The notes under the pieces are model-generated. The model did no database searches. It saw only the letters and a list, made by a program, of their open reading frames with translations, and was not told the origin of the DNA. Below are positions 38,800-48,845 of a DNA stretch of 64,000 bases, one piece after another. Position 1 is the stretch's first letter. Each line of letters opens with the position of its first letter. This stretch comes from a virus. Made by a program: the position numbers and the translations under genes. The stretch spans positions 13,383 through 77,382 of IMG/VR virus record IMGVR_UViG_3300022602_002157; one strand, given 5' to 3'.

Positions 38800-39434
38800 T
38801 TATTACAGGTCCCCAAGGATCAGGTAATCATTTATTCAGTAGACTATTAAGTTTACACCCGGATGTAAGTGGATGGGAAGAATTGCTTGACAAATATTGG
38901 GTACCGAGTGATCAAGAACCCTTCGCTGAATATTGGGTAAATTCAGATAAGTTAACTATTGATCAATTTAAAGACAAAGACTTTCATTTAGCAAACGTAA
39001 GTTGTCCATTCTTTTTCGATGGCGTAAGATATGTACCTGATATCATTGGAGTTGCCAATAAAGCAAAAAGTTTGGGCATTGATGTCACTATTGCTATTAT
39101 TGTTAGAGACAAGAATATTAATAGCGAACAACAACTGCGTGTTAGAAAACAAGTAACATTACCTATCGCACAAGACTATTATTACAACACCTTATTAACT
39201 AGTGATTTTAATGTTCACTTTTTAGACCATGAGGCATTCTTTTTGCATAAACAACATTACTTGAAATATGTTGCACGTATTTTAGATTTCCCTGTTGCGT
39301 GGGATGATCCAAACATTATGAAATTTATAGACCAAGATGCAAACAGTAAATACGTAAAATACGTGGAAGAATATTGGCTCGATGAACAAGTGTTAAAAGG
39401 TTGTGAGCCTAAAGCGTTTAGGGAGCAAAAATGA
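38760..39434 (+). CDS. Sulfotransferase-like P-loop protein
   Basis: IITGPQGSGNHL..RLLSLHPDV and IIVRD. Confidence 0.6.
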   Translation: MSAIGTSKTKKLLIITGPQGSGNHLFSRLLSLHPDVSGWEELLDKYWVPSDQEPFAEYWVNSDKLTIDQFKDKDFHLANVSCPFFFDGVRYVPDIIGVANKAKSLGIDVTIAIIVRDKNINSEQQLRVRKQVTLPIAQDYYYNTLLTSDFNVHFLDHEAFFLHKQHYLKYVARILDFPVAWDDPNIMKFIDQDANSKYVKYVEEYWLDEQVLKGCEPKAFREQK

Positions 39435-39664
39435 AATTCTATGAAACTAAAAAACGAAGTTTTGTTAAGGGTGTTAGTTGGAAAATCATAGGTGGTTTAA
39501 TCACTGCTTTTATCGTTTATCAATTAGCAAAACTAGGATATGATGCAGCCAAGACAGCAACAATAGTTTTAATCTGTCAGTTTAGTGTCAATGTTGTAGC
39601 ATTCTTTATACATGACCGCGTATGGAATAAATTTATGTGGGGTAGAGAGGTAATAGAAGAATGA
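39431..39664 (+). CDS. Small 2-TM membrane protein (DUF2061-like)
   Basis: ETKKRSFVKGVSWK...HDRVWNKFMWG. Confidence 0.7.
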   Translation: MKFYETKKRSFVKGVSWKIIGGLITAFIVYQLAKLGYDAAKTATIVLICQFSVNVVAFFIHDRVWNKFMWGREVIEE

Positions 39665-40287
39665 AATATATTTTTGTAGCAGGTGCTCCTGGCAGTAAAT
39701 GGAGCAGTGTTTGTAAAAACATTTATTATAGTGATAGCATTGATAGATCAGATTACAGTAATGAAAGAACTTACTACCATGACGCATCAGGCGTAAGAGA
39801 CTTAATGCACATGGGTGCATACTTTGATCCGGGTATGGAGTTCGGAGACTTCTTCGGGGAACTCAATAAATATAGCAAAGAGGATTGTGAAGCAGAATTT
39901 GACAGGCCCTTTACAGGGGAAGGAGTTAGAATTGTCAAGAGCCACGTATTTGCACATCATATTGGATATCTTAAAAAAAATTGGCCTGATTGCCCTATTG
40001 TCCTTGTGCATCGCCCTAATGATGCTTGCTTGGGTTGGTGGGTACGTTGTGGACAGTTTACTATAACATATCCTAGTTACAACAGTTATTATAAAGATTT
40101 GAGGCATATGGCCAAACAAATCGATTTACAAAACAAAGATATTAGTGATGCTCTGTATACTCATAGATACAGAGGAGTAAAACTAGTTAACACAAATTTA
40201 CAATTATGCGATGCATTAGGAATTAAAAGAACTAAAAAGTATCGCCAAGACTATAGAAAAAACGACATAACAGTGGGTGTATTATGA
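39661..40287 (+). CDS. Sulfotransferase-like P-loop protein
   Basis: IFVAGAPGSKWS, VKSH and IVLVHR. Confidence 0.55.
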   Translation: MKYIFVAGAPGSKWSSVCKNIYYSDSIDRSDYSNERTYYHDASGVRDLMHMGAYFDPGMEFGDFFGELNKYSKEDCEAEFDRPFTGEGVRIVKSHVFAHHIGYLKKNWPDCPIVLVHRPNDACLGWWVRCGQFTITYPSYNSYYKDLRHMAKQIDLQNKDISDALYTHRYRGVKLVNTNLQLCDALGIKRTKKYRQDYRKNDITVGVL

Positions 40288-40976
40288 AAAGTAGTTGGGA
40301 CGAGACAAAAGCAAAAAGTAAGTATCACTTTGATTCTAAAAAGATAGATCCAAAGTATGACACAGTAACTAAGTTAGGTAACCTAGTAGGTGATTGGTCT
40401 AATGAATTAACAGACATTATTGCCAATGCTAAGCCTGCAACTTGGGAAACACGTGGCTATAAGGGAAAAGGAAATGACATTCCTTCACAAGATTTAGCCG
40501 CAGAAGAATATGATCTAGAACGCTATGGCATGGATCCTAAAATGACAATAACTCATATGAATTGGGAATTACCTCCTGTGTTACAAAAGATGAGTGATTT
40601 GTTTGGATTAGATGATTGTATGAATCGTATCCATGTGCAGATGCCAGGTGAAGTATGGAATCTACACATTGACAAATTACAGAAGTGGAATCCTGAACAT
40701 CCCTACTTAGTACATCGTATTATGATTCACTTAAATGATTGGGAAATGGGTCATTTTTGGGGATATGGGAATTATATTCATAGTCATTGGAAAGCAGGTG
40801 ATGTGACTACATTTGATTGGCAGAACGTTCCACATTGCACAGCAAACGCAGGACATACTCCACGTGTAACACTACAGATTACGGGTGTAGAAACTGAAAA
40901 AACTAGAGAGTTTATGAATAGATTGCGTAGATATGACAAGTATACTCTTAACCTAAACGACGGTGGTTGGTTCTAA
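40284..40976 (+). CDS. 2OG-Fe(II)/Asp-hydroxylase-like double-stranded beta-helix oxygenase
   Basis: HID (HxD), WKAGD...FD...PHCTANAG..PRVTLQITG. Confidence 0.7.
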   Translation: MKSSWDETKAKSKYHFDSKKIDPKYDTVTKLGNLVGDWSNELTDIIANAKPATWETRGYKGKGNDIPSQDLAAEEYDLERYGMDPKMTITHMNWELPPVLQKMSDLFGLDDCMNRIHVQMPGEVWNLHIDKLQKWNPEHPYLVHRIMIHLNDWEMGHFWGYGNYIHSHWKAGDVTTFDWQNVPHCTANAGHTPRVTLQITGVETEKTREFMNRLRRYDKYTLNLNDGGWF

Positions 40977-40996
40977 AAGTTAAGATAAATATATTA

Positions 40997-41584
40997 ATGC
41001 AAGCAAAAGAATTTATAACCGAGTCAGCAGCCAGTGAACTAGCGCAACGTTTGCCTGGTTTGCGTAAGCATAACTATGATACCATTGATGCATTAATGCG
41101 TCAAGTATCACAGAAGCATAAAATGACTACCAAAGCCTTGCATGATTTATTTGTTAGAAAATACAAGAAAACTCCTGATCTTTGGATCAAGCATAAACTA
41201 GATGAAAAGAATATTACTGAAAGCAAAGATTTAGATATTGAGCAGGAAGTAAAAAGATTTGTTGCTTGGGCCGCTGATAGATTGCATTTAAAACGTGTTC
41301 CAAAAATTGAATTAAGTCACGATACCAAAGACGCACAGGATAACCATCACACTGGAGCACATGTGCAAGGTGAAGACACAATTTGGGTATACGCCAAAAA
41401 TCGCAACTTAGTTGACATATTAAGAACTGTATTCCACGAATTGGTTCATGTTAGACAAGACGAAATTGGTATGCTAAAGCCAGGTGATAGTTACCCGGGT
41501 AGCCCAGTTGAAGCCATGGCAGATATGATTGCGGGCAAATTCATTAAGATTTATGGTGAAAAGCACCATCACATTTTCCAATAA
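40997..41584 (+). CDS. Zincin-like metallopeptidase with probable capsid-targeting N-terminus
   Basis: HELVH with downstream E (VEAMAD); starts MQAKEFITE; TAAATA at 40986-40991. Confidence 0.7.
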   Translation: MQAKEFITESAASELAQRLPGLRKHNYDTIDALMRQVSQKHKMTTKALHDLFVRKYKKTPDLWIKHKLDEKNITESKDLDIEQEVKRFVAWAADRLHLKRVPKIELSHDTKDAQDNHHTGAHVQGEDTIWVYAKNRNLVDILRTVFHELVHVRQDEIGMLKPGDSYPGSPVEAMADMIAGKFIKIYGEKHHHIFQ

Positions 41585-41600
41585 ACGGTACACAAAGTAG

Positions 41601-41628
41601 TTGACTTATCTACGCATTCTGTTATAAT
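41601..41628 (+). promoter_or_regulatory. sigma70-like promoter
   Basis: TTGACT-N16-TATAAT with an extended TG. Confidence 0.7.
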
Positions 41629-41650
41629 AACTATATTATAAGGAGTAACA

Positions 41651-41911
41651 ATGTCGGATAGAACTTTTAACGCAGAAGCAAAAATTAAACTTACCCAACT
41701 TATCAACGAAGGTATGCAAGTTATGCATGAAGTTGAAACACTAAACGAGGGTTTGGCTGATACAGTCAAGGCAATTGCAGAAGAATTGGAAATCAAGCCC
41801 AGTATTCTTAAGAAAGCAATTCGTGTTGCACACAAGGCCCGTCTCGGTGAGACAAACAAAGAGAATGAAGAACTTAATACTATTCTCGAAACCGTAGGTA
41901 AAACACTTTAA
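41651..41911 (+). CDS. Small dsDNA-binding protein (T4 DsbA/GapR-like)
   Basis: 86-aa helical protein, pattern ..D.VK..AEEL.I.P..LKK.IR..HK; strong SD AAGGAG. Confidence 0.55.
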   Translation: MSDRTFNAEAKIKLTQLINEGMQVMHEVETLNEGLADTVKAIAEELEIKPSILKKAIRVAHKARLGETNKENEELNTILETVGKTL

Positions 41912-41914
41912 TAC

Positions 41915-42526
41915 ATGCCAAGATTGGTAACATTTGGCTGTAGTTTTACCAGAGGTTGGGATTTACACGATACTCATCCTAGCAATCATACTCCTAGTAA
42001 GTTTGCATGGCCCAATGTGTTGGCTAAAAAATTAGGCTATAGTGTAGACAATCAAGCAGAGGGTGGCGCCGGTAACAGAGAAATCTTTAATAATATATTA
42101 AACTATGATTTTAAATCAGACGATTTATGTATCATAGGCTGGTCACTATTTGTAAGACTAGATGGGTTTAAATATATATCACCTACCGAGACTAAAAGAA
42201 TTTCAGTAAAAGAATTTGATAAAAACTTGGCTTTTCAAAATGCTGATTATGATTATGATCTTAGTATGAAAAACTATTTGGTTATGCAACATACTAATTT
42301 TTTACTGGATCGTAGAAACATCAAGTCTTTTAGCATTCTTTGGTCACATGATTTACATTTAAATCCAAAGCCTGATCATATTGAAATTCCCAATTTCATT
42401 GATACTGTTAGGCCTTTTAATTGTGTTTTGGATAAAGCAATTGACAATCAACACCCAGGTATACGCAGTCACAACTTGCTTGCCGACAAAATTTATGATA
42501 AAATAAAAGAATATGTCTTACATTGA
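41915..42526 (+). CDS. SGNH/GDSL-like hydrolase paralog
   Basis: FGCSFT, WP..LA, GAGN, WS...R and HPG...H. Confidence 0.6.
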   Translation: MPRLVTFGCSFTRGWDLHDTHPSNHTPSKFAWPNVLAKKLGYSVDNQAEGGAGNREIFNNILNYDFKSDDLCIIGWSLFVRLDGFKYISPTETKRISVKEFDKNLAFQNADYDYDLSMKNYLVMQHTNFLLDRRNIKSFSILWSHDLHLNPKPDHIEIPNFIDTVRPFNCVLDKAIDNQHPGIRSHNLLADKIYDKIKEYVLH

Positions 42527-45227
42527 TGCTATCCACGACAATAACGCTGACCGCATTTATGTGGTAGAGCGTAACCCACAGGGTAAACGTGAATATAAAG
42601 AATATTCTACTAACTATGTTCTTTATTATACTGACCCTAAGGGCAAGTATCGTTCACTCTATGGAGACCCTGTAAGCAGATTTAGTACACGTAAGCGTAG
42701 TGAATTTGAAAAAGAAAAGCGTATCCATAGCAGTAAAAAACTATTTGAAAGCGATATCAACGTAGTGTTTCGTTGCCTAAGCGAGAACTATCTTAAAGTT
42801 GATGCACCTAAACTACACACATGTTTCTTTGACATTGAAGTAGACTTTGATCCTGAACGTGGTTTTAGTCCCACTAGTGATCCATTCAATCCTGTTACTG
42901 CAATCAGTATGTATTTGGATTGGTTAGATCAACTAGTAACACTAGTAATTGCTCCGCGACACATGAGCAATGAAACTGCCGCACAGATTACCAGTGAGTT
43001 TGAAAACTGTATTCTGTTTACTAGTGAAGTAGAAATGTTTGAAATATTCTTTCAACTAATTGAAGATGCAGATGTATTAACTGGTTGGAACTCTGAAGGG
43101 TACGATATTCCCTACATGGTAAATCGTGTTACACGTGTGATGAGCAAGGACGACACACGTAAGTTTTGTTTAATGGGGCAATTGCCTAAAGCAAGAACAT
43201 ATGAACGTTTTGGTAAAGAAGAAACAACTTACGACTTAGTTGGTCGTATTCATATGGACTATTTGCAGTTGTACAAGAAGTATAACTATGAAAGTCGCCA
43301 CAGTTATAAACTAGACTTCATTGGTGAAATGGAAGTTGGTGAAAACAAAACTCAGTATGAAGGTACACTTGATCAATTGTATAACAAAGACTTTAAAAAG
43401 TTTATTGAATACAATCGTCAGGATACTATGTTGTTGGTGAAGATTCACAACAAACTTAAGTTTTTAGAATTGGCAAATCAACTAGCACATGAAAATACTG
43501 TGCTGTTGCCAACAGTCATGGGTAGTGTTGCAATGATTGAAATGGCAATCATGAACGAAGCCCATGAAAGGGGATTGGTTGTCCCAGATAAAAAACGAAA
43601 GGATATTCATGCAGAAGAAAGTCAGCAGGCAGCAGGTGCCTTTGTTGCTACTCCCAAAAGGGGAATCCACGAATGGGTGGGCGCAGTGGATATTAACTCA
43701 CTCTATCCCTCGGCAATTAGATCACTCAACATGGCGCCAGAAACCATCGTTGCTCAGGTCAGACAAACCCTCACAGAACAGTACATGAAAGAAAAAGGCT
43801 TACGCCTTGCAATGGAAAAGAAACGTCACAAAGATGGCGATGACGCAGTTACTGGAAGTATTCTCTGGGAAGGTTTGTTTGGTTGTTTAGAGTATACTGC
43901 CATTATGGCACAAGAGCGTGGTACAATTCTTACACTAGATTATGAAGATGGTCGTAGTGTTGAGATGAGTGCCGCAGAGATATGGAAATTGGTTTTTGAT
44001 AGTCATAATCCATATATCATCAGCGCAAACGGTACTATCTATACGTATGAGAAAGAGGGTGTGATTCCTGGTCTGCTTACACGTTGGTATAATGATCGTA
44101 AGGTAATGCAGAAGAAACTTAAAGAGGCAACCACTACTGAAGAACGTGAGTATTGGGATAAGCGACAACTGGTTCGCAAAATTTTGCTTAACTCTGCATA
44201 TGGCGCATTGTTGAATGAACATTGCCGTTTCTATGACAAGCGTATTGGTCAAAGCGTAACACTTAGTGGTCGTCAGATTGTTAAACATATGATGAGCCAA
44301 ATCAATGAGATTGTCACTGGTCAATATACACACGAAGGTGATGCTATTGTGTATGGTGATACTGATAGTTGTTATTTCAGTGCCTATGAATCGTTGAAAG
44401 ATCAAATTGAAAAAGGTGAGTTAAGTTGGAATAAAGAGTTGTGCATTAGTTTATATGACAATATTGCTGATGAAACCAATTCAACTTTCCCAGCATTCAT
44501 GGAACGTGCATTTCATGCGCCACGTAAGAACGGTGAGATCATCAAAGCAGGTCGTGAATTGATTGGTGATCGTAGTCTGTTCATCACTAAGAAACGCTAT
44601 GCTATTAATATCTTTGATAAAGAAGGCGAGCGTAAAGATGTCAATGGTAAGTTGGGTGATATCAAGGCTATGGGTCTTGACTTGAAACGTGCTGATACGC
44701 CCAAGTATGTTCAAACGTTTTTAATGGAAGTACTTGAAATGGTGCTTGGTGGTAAGGGTCGTGAAGACGTTATTGAACATATCAAAAACTTTAAGGTAGA
44801 ATTGAGTAAGCAAGACAGTTGGACTAAAGGCTCGCCCAAATCAGTGAATAAACTCACTATGTATGGAGAACTAGAAGCCAACAGTAAAACTGGTCGTGCA
44901 AATATGCCAGGTCACGTTCGTGGTGCATTGAATTACAACTATCTACGTAAAGTTAACAACGACAACTACAGCATGAAGATTGTTGATGGTATGAAGGTTA
45001 TTGTGTGTAAACTCAAAACTAATCCATTGAACTTCACAAGTATTGCGTATCCAACTGACGAACTAAGACTACCTCAATGGTTCTGTGAATTGCCATTTGA
45101 TGACAAGGCTATGGAACAAACATTGGTAGACGAAAAGATTGACAACTTGTTAAGCGTATTAGGTTGGGACTTGCGTAGCAATACTGACACTAACAGTACG
45201 TTTGACAGTTTGTTTAGTTTCGGTTAA
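42513..45227 (+). CDS. Family B DNA polymerase with 3'-5' exonuclease
   Basis: FDIE, GWNSEGYD, YNRQD, DINSLYPS, KILLNSAYG, YGDTDS and KKRY. Confidence 0.97.
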   Translation: MSYIDAIHDNNADRIYVVERNPQGKREYKEYSTNYVLYYTDPKGKYRSLYGDPVSRFSTRKRSEFEKEKRIHSSKKLFESDINVVFRCLSENYLKVDAPKLHTCFFDIEVDFDPERGFSPTSDPFNPVTAISMYLDWLDQLVTLVIAPRHMSNETAAQITSEFENCILFTSEVEMFEIFFQLIEDADVLTGWNSEGYDIPYMVNRVTRVMSKDDTRKFCLMGQLPKARTYERFGKEETTYDLVGRIHMDYLQLYKKYNYESRHSYKLDFIGEMEVGENKTQYEGTLDQLYNKDFKKFIEYNRQDTMLLVKIHNKLKFLELANQLAHENTVLLPTVMGSVAMIEMAIMNEAHERGLVVPDKKRKDIHAEESQQAAGAFVATPKRGIHEWVGAVDINSLYPSAIRSLNMAPETIVAQVRQTLTEQYMKEKGLRLAMEKKRHKDGDDAVTGSILWEGLFGCLEYTAIMAQERGTILTLDYEDGRSVEMSAAEIWKLVFDSHNPYIISANGTIYTYEKEGVIPGLLTRWYNDRKVMQKKLKEATTTEEREYWDKRQLVRKILLNSAYGALLNEHCRFYDKRIGQSVTLSGRQIVKHMMSQINEIVTGQYTHEGDAIVYGDTDSCYFSAYESLKDQIEKGELSWNKELCISLYDNIADETNSTFPAFMERAFHAPRKNGEIIKAGRELIGDRSLFITKKRYAINIFDKEGERKDVNGKLGDIKAMGLDLKRADTPKYVQTFLMEVLEMVLGGKGREDVIEHIKNFKVELSKQDSWTKGSPKSVNKLTMYGELEANSKTGRANMPGHVRGALNYNYLRKVNNDNYSMKIVDGMKVIVCKLKTNPLNFTSIAYPTDELRLPQWFCELPFDDKAMEQTLVDEKIDNLLSVLGWDLRSNTDTNSTFDSLFSFG

Positions 45228-45235
45228 ACTCGCTA

Positions 45236-45286
45236 TTGACATTCGCAATAAAATCCACTATTATACATGATAGAACTGCCTAAATA
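45236..45286 (+). promoter_or_regulatory. Tandem sigma70-like and late-type promoters
   Basis: TTGACA(45236)-N17-TATTAT(45259), then TAAATA (45281). Confidence 0.6.
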
Positions 45287-45306
45287 TTACTTACAAAGGA
45301 AAAAAT

Positions 45307-46038
45307 ATGAAAGACAATTTACTTGATTTAATTCAACATACACATGGTCTAGGTGTTATCGATCTTATTAAGGTCGTTGGTACTGATACCGAAACTAATA
45401 TCTCTGCTGTTGCAGAAGATAAGTCAGTTGTTGTAAACGCTAAGTTTAAAAATCCAATCGCTGATTTCATTGGCACGTTTGGTATGCCGCAACTATCAAA
45501 GTTAAAGACTATTGTTAGTTTTGATGACTATGATGATACTTCAATCATCAATGTCACACGTGTTAACAAAGACGGAGCAGACGTTCCCAGCGCAATTCAC
45601 TTTGAAACTAAGACTGGAGACTTTGTTAACGATTATCGACTAATGGCTAAGGGCATGGTCGAAGATAAGGTTAAGGCAGTTACATTCCGTGGTGCTACAT
45701 GGAACGTTGAGTTTGAACCAACTGTTGCTGGTATCATGCGTTTGAAGAAACAGGCTAGTGCTAACAGCGATGAGCCTAATTTTACAACTAAGACTGAAAA
45801 TGGCGATCTAAAGATTTATTTTGGTGATCCTTCAACTCACAGTGGTAACTTTGTATTTCAGCCAGATGTTACTGGCACATTAAGCCGTCAATGGCAGTGG
45901 CCCGTAAAGGTCTTCTTGGCAATCATGGACTTGCCTGGTGACAAGACTGTACGTATTGCTGATGCAGGTGCCGCAGAAATCACAGTTGACAGTGGCATTG
46001 CAGTTTATCAATACCTATTACCTGCACAAAGTAAATGA
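45307..46038 (+). CDS. Probable sliding clamp (gp45/PCNA-like)
   Basis: 243 aa with a two-domain alpha/beta pattern and C-terminal YLLP; adjacent to the polymerase; a clamp loader is in the window. Confidence 0.6.
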   Translation: MKDNLLDLIQHTHGLGVIDLIKVVGTDTETNISAVAEDKSVVVNAKFKNPIADFIGTFGMPQLSKLKTIVSFDDYDDTSIINVTRVNKDGADVPSAIHFETKTGDFVNDYRLMAKGMVEDKVKAVTFRGATWNVEFEPTVAGIMRLKKQASANSDEPNFTTKTENGDLKIYFGDPSTHSGNFVFQPDVTGTLSRQWQWPVKVFLAIMDLPGDKTVRIADAGAAEITVDSGIAVYQYLLPAQSK

Positions 46039-46700
46039 TAATAACTTATCCTACCCAATATGGTGGTTTTGAATCTGACGACCACAATCTAGTTTATTTC
46101 CCAATAAACAAAAATGCACATACTTGGGCAGAGAAATTCTTTGAAAAGAATTTCAATATGGATAAGAAAATTATAAAAACAACCGAGAACTCTGAGAGTA
46201 TACTAAAAGATAAAATTTCTATAGTAATTCTCAGAGACCCTCTGTTACGTTGGTTATCTGGTATTACTCAATATCTTATTGATAGCCCTACACTTGAACT
46301 ATTAGACAATAGTTTGTTTCAACAAGCAATAAAAGATGCATTGTGTTTTGACAATCACACTGGATTACAAATAGTTAATTTATTGGGCATTGATACTGAC
46401 AAAACAATATTTTTTAATTGTGATAAACACTTAGAAGATAATATGTATGAGTTTAGCAGATTATGGTTTGGAAAAATATCTGTTAGTGTAGGTCAACATC
46501 AAGTATTGACACAGAACCCTGTTAAAGTTATAATCTACAATAAGATCAAAGACATTGTTAAGAACGATAGTTTGTTAATTAAAAGAATTAGAGATTTCTA
46601 TGCCCCTGATTATAAAATCTTTTCAGAGGTTAAATTTTTTAATCAACAGAATATTTCATTCTATAAAAATTTAAAGGAAGTTTATGCTAAGGGGAATTAA
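46035..46700 (+). CDS. Sulfotransferase family 2-like protein
   Basis: PINKNAHT (5'-PSB), LRDPLLRWLSG (3'-PB) and DNHT..Q. Confidence 0.65.
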   Translation: MIITYPTQYGGFESDDHNLVYFPINKNAHTWAEKFFEKNFNMDKKIIKTTENSESILKDKISIVILRDPLLRWLSGITQYLIDSPTLELLDNSLFQQAIKDALCFDNHTGLQIVNLLGIDTDKTIFFNCDKHLEDNMYEFSRLWFGKISVSVGQHQVLTQNPVKVIIYNKIKDIVKNDSLLIKRIRDFYAPDYKIFSEVKFFNQQNISFYKNLKEVYAKGN

Positions 46701-47052
46701 TAGTCGTAGTAAGTATTTACAAGTTAACAGCGGTACGTCTAGTACCTATGTCAATAATTATGGCGGCAGTGTTGGAGTAGGCAATATGCGCTATAATACA
46801 AGTACACAAACTATGGAAGTGTATGATGGTACAACTTGGATTATGTTGAATATGAGTTATGCAGATGTTAACTTATCCGGTGAAGCAGAAAGTTTGCTTG
46901 ACTGGGTGCAGAAAAAGCGTGATGAAGAGTTTAGGCGTCAAGCACTAGCAGAAAGTAATCCTGCTATCAAAGACTTAGTAGAACAGATTAAAGAAAAAGA
47001 AGATCAAATCAAAATGATACAAACATTAATTAAAAAAGAGGTAACTGCTTGA
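46684..47052 (+). CDS. Hypothetical protein
   Basis: SD AAGGA; 122 aa. Confidence 0.7.
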   Translation: MLRGINSRSKYLQVNSGTSSTYVNNYGGSVGVGNMRYNTSTQTMEVYDGTTWIMLNMSYADVNLSGEAESLLDWVQKKRDEEFRRQALAESNPAIKDLVEQIKEKEDQIKMIQTLIKKEVTA

Positions 47053-48596
47053 ATCAAATAGACTTATCAGCACAGCACAAACCGGACTGGGCATTATTCT
47101 TACCCGCAGTCAGTAGTTTCTTTATTACTGGCTTGGGTAAACAACGTGAAGGTGAAAATTATTTTGACCAAACACGTATTCCTGCAGGCTTCAATGGTGA
47201 TGTTGAATGCTTGAACTTTTTGAATAGCAAGCAAGGTCTATACACTTATAAGTGGGGTTTGTATAGTGCAGGTCATGCCAACTTAGATACAACTGTTGAT
47301 GACCATGCTGAAAGTATTATTCGTAAACGTGAAAGTGGTACTTTCATGTTGGGTGATAGTGGTGGTTTTCAGATTCTTAAGTGTCAATGGCCTGCTGATT
47401 GGAAGGATCCCAACTGCCCACGTGCTATGAAAAAGCGTCAGCAAGTATTGAAGTGGATGGACACATACATGGACTATGGTATGTGTTTAGATATCCCTTC
47501 ACAATCATTAAGCACGTTTCATATCAAGGATCCAAAGACTGGTAAAAGTGCGCATGGTATCAGTACAATTGAGGAAGCGATTACTGCTACACATATTAAC
47601 AACGAATACTTTATTAAGAATCGTACAGGTGAATGTAAGTTCTTAAATGTTCTTCAAGGTCGCAATCACAGTCAAAGTGATAGTTGGTATGAAGAAATGA
47701 AAAAGTATTGTGACCCAAACATCTATCCCGACAATCATTTCAATGGTTGGGCATTTGGGGGTCAGAACAAGATTGACGTTGAATTGATGTTGAATCGACT
47801 TGTTGGCATTATCCACGATGGTTTGTTACAAGAAGGTAAGCATGACTTGATTCACTGTTTGGGTGTAAGCATTATGGAATATGCTGTATTGTTTACAGAT
47901 ATTCAACGTGCTATTCGAAAGTATCACAATCCAAAACTACAAATTACTTTTGACTGCGCAAGCCCATTCTTTAGTGCGGCTAAAGGTCTTGCATACTTTA
48001 ACAACAGTATTGAGCATGGCAAGAAATGGTCATACAGTATGGAAAAGACTGCTGAAAACAAAAACTATGCTAATGACAATCGCAAGTTTAGTGATGCAGT
48101 ATTGGCTGATGGTATTCACGATGTGTTTACTGATAGCCCAATTACTGACCGTATGATGGTTAAGGACCTTTGCTATCGTGGTCATGGCTTTATCAACCAG
48201 CAAGGTAAAGAAACCAAAACTAGTTGGGATACATTAAGTTATACACTATTGCAAGCACATAATGTTTATCAACACATTACTGCTGTGCAGGAAGCCAATC
48301 GTAAATATGAAACGGGTATTATGCCCAAGATGGTTATGAGCAAGTTTGATGATAATCATTTTGGTAGTATCATTGAAGAAATCTTTAGCCTAAACGATAG
48401 AAAAAAGAGTTTGGATTTGATTAAGCAACACTCAAGTCTTTGGACACAAATGCAAAGTGGTAGTCAAGGATTTAGTGGTAAGCGTACTGTTAATGCAATG
48501 ACCATGTTTGATCAACTGTTTGCCGTTGAACAAGAACCTGAACAGGATGAAGTCATTGAAGATGCAGACGATGAAATGGCTAATCTCATTGAATAA
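47049..48596 (+). CDS. dpdA: TGT-family DNA 7-deazaguanine transglycosylase (DpdA-like)
   Basis: DSGGFQ, LDIP, VLQG, GWAFGG, HCLG and TFD TGT-type motifs; clustered with folE/queD/queE. Confidence 0.75.
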   Translation: MNQIDLSAQHKPDWALFLPAVSSFFITGLGKQREGENYFDQTRIPAGFNGDVECLNFLNSKQGLYTYKWGLYSAGHANLDTTVDDHAESIIRKRESGTFMLGDSGGFQILKCQWPADWKDPNCPRAMKKRQQVLKWMDTYMDYGMCLDIPSQSLSTFHIKDPKTGKSAHGISTIEEAITATHINNEYFIKNRTGECKFLNVLQGRNHSQSDSWYEEMKKYCDPNIYPDNHFNGWAFGGQNKIDVELMLNRLVGIIHDGLLQEGKHDLIHCLGVSIMEYAVLFTDIQRAIRKYHNPKLQITFDCASPFFSAAKGLAYFNNSIEHGKKWSYSMEKTAENKNYANDNRKFSDAVLADGIHDVFTDSPITDRMMVKDLCYRGHGFINQQGKETKTSWDTLSYTLLQAHNVYQHITAVQEANRKYETGIMPKMVMSKFDDNHFGSIIEEIFSLNDRKKSLDLIKQHSSLWTQMQSGSQGFSGKRTVNAMTMFDQLFAVEQEPEQDEVIEDADDEMANLIE

Positions 48597-48611
48597 TGTT
48601 AGCCATAACTG

Positions 48612-48639
48612 TTGCATTATACACAAAACAATGTATAAT
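48612..48639 (+). promoter_or_regulatory. sigma70-like promoter
   Basis: TTGCAT-N16-TATAAT. Confidence 0.5.
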
Positions 48640-48662
48640 AGTTAAAGACTCTGGAGACAGAT

Positions 48663-48845
48663 ATGTACAAAGAACGAATCAGTAAATTACAAGATATGTT
48701 TGAAGATTTAACCAAACGTTCGAACGAAGGTAGCGACTTAGCCAATGCTGAACGTGCAAAGGTCTATGAGGAATTAGTTAGACTTAGACGTTTGCAATGG
48801 GAACACGATCATGACACGGTGAATTTTGATGAACACGATTACTAA
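48663..48845 (+). CDS. Small hypothetical protein
   Basis: GGAG SD; 60 aa. Confidence 0.65.
   Translation: MYKERISKLQDMFEDLTKRSNEGSDLANAERAKVYEELVRLRRLQWEHDHDTVNFDEHDY

Noticed and set aside
42513-45227. Intein or intron in the DNA polymerase
   Set aside because: The ORF is continuous at a normal length. The insert after motif A has no intein C/S...HN termini or homing-endonuclease motifs.
47049-48596. Canonical tRNA-guanine transglycosylase (tgt) for queuosine
   Set aside because: It lacks the CxCxxC zinc motif, is longer and highly diverged, and no queA/queF/queG is seen. The replication-gene context fits DNA-acting DpdA better.
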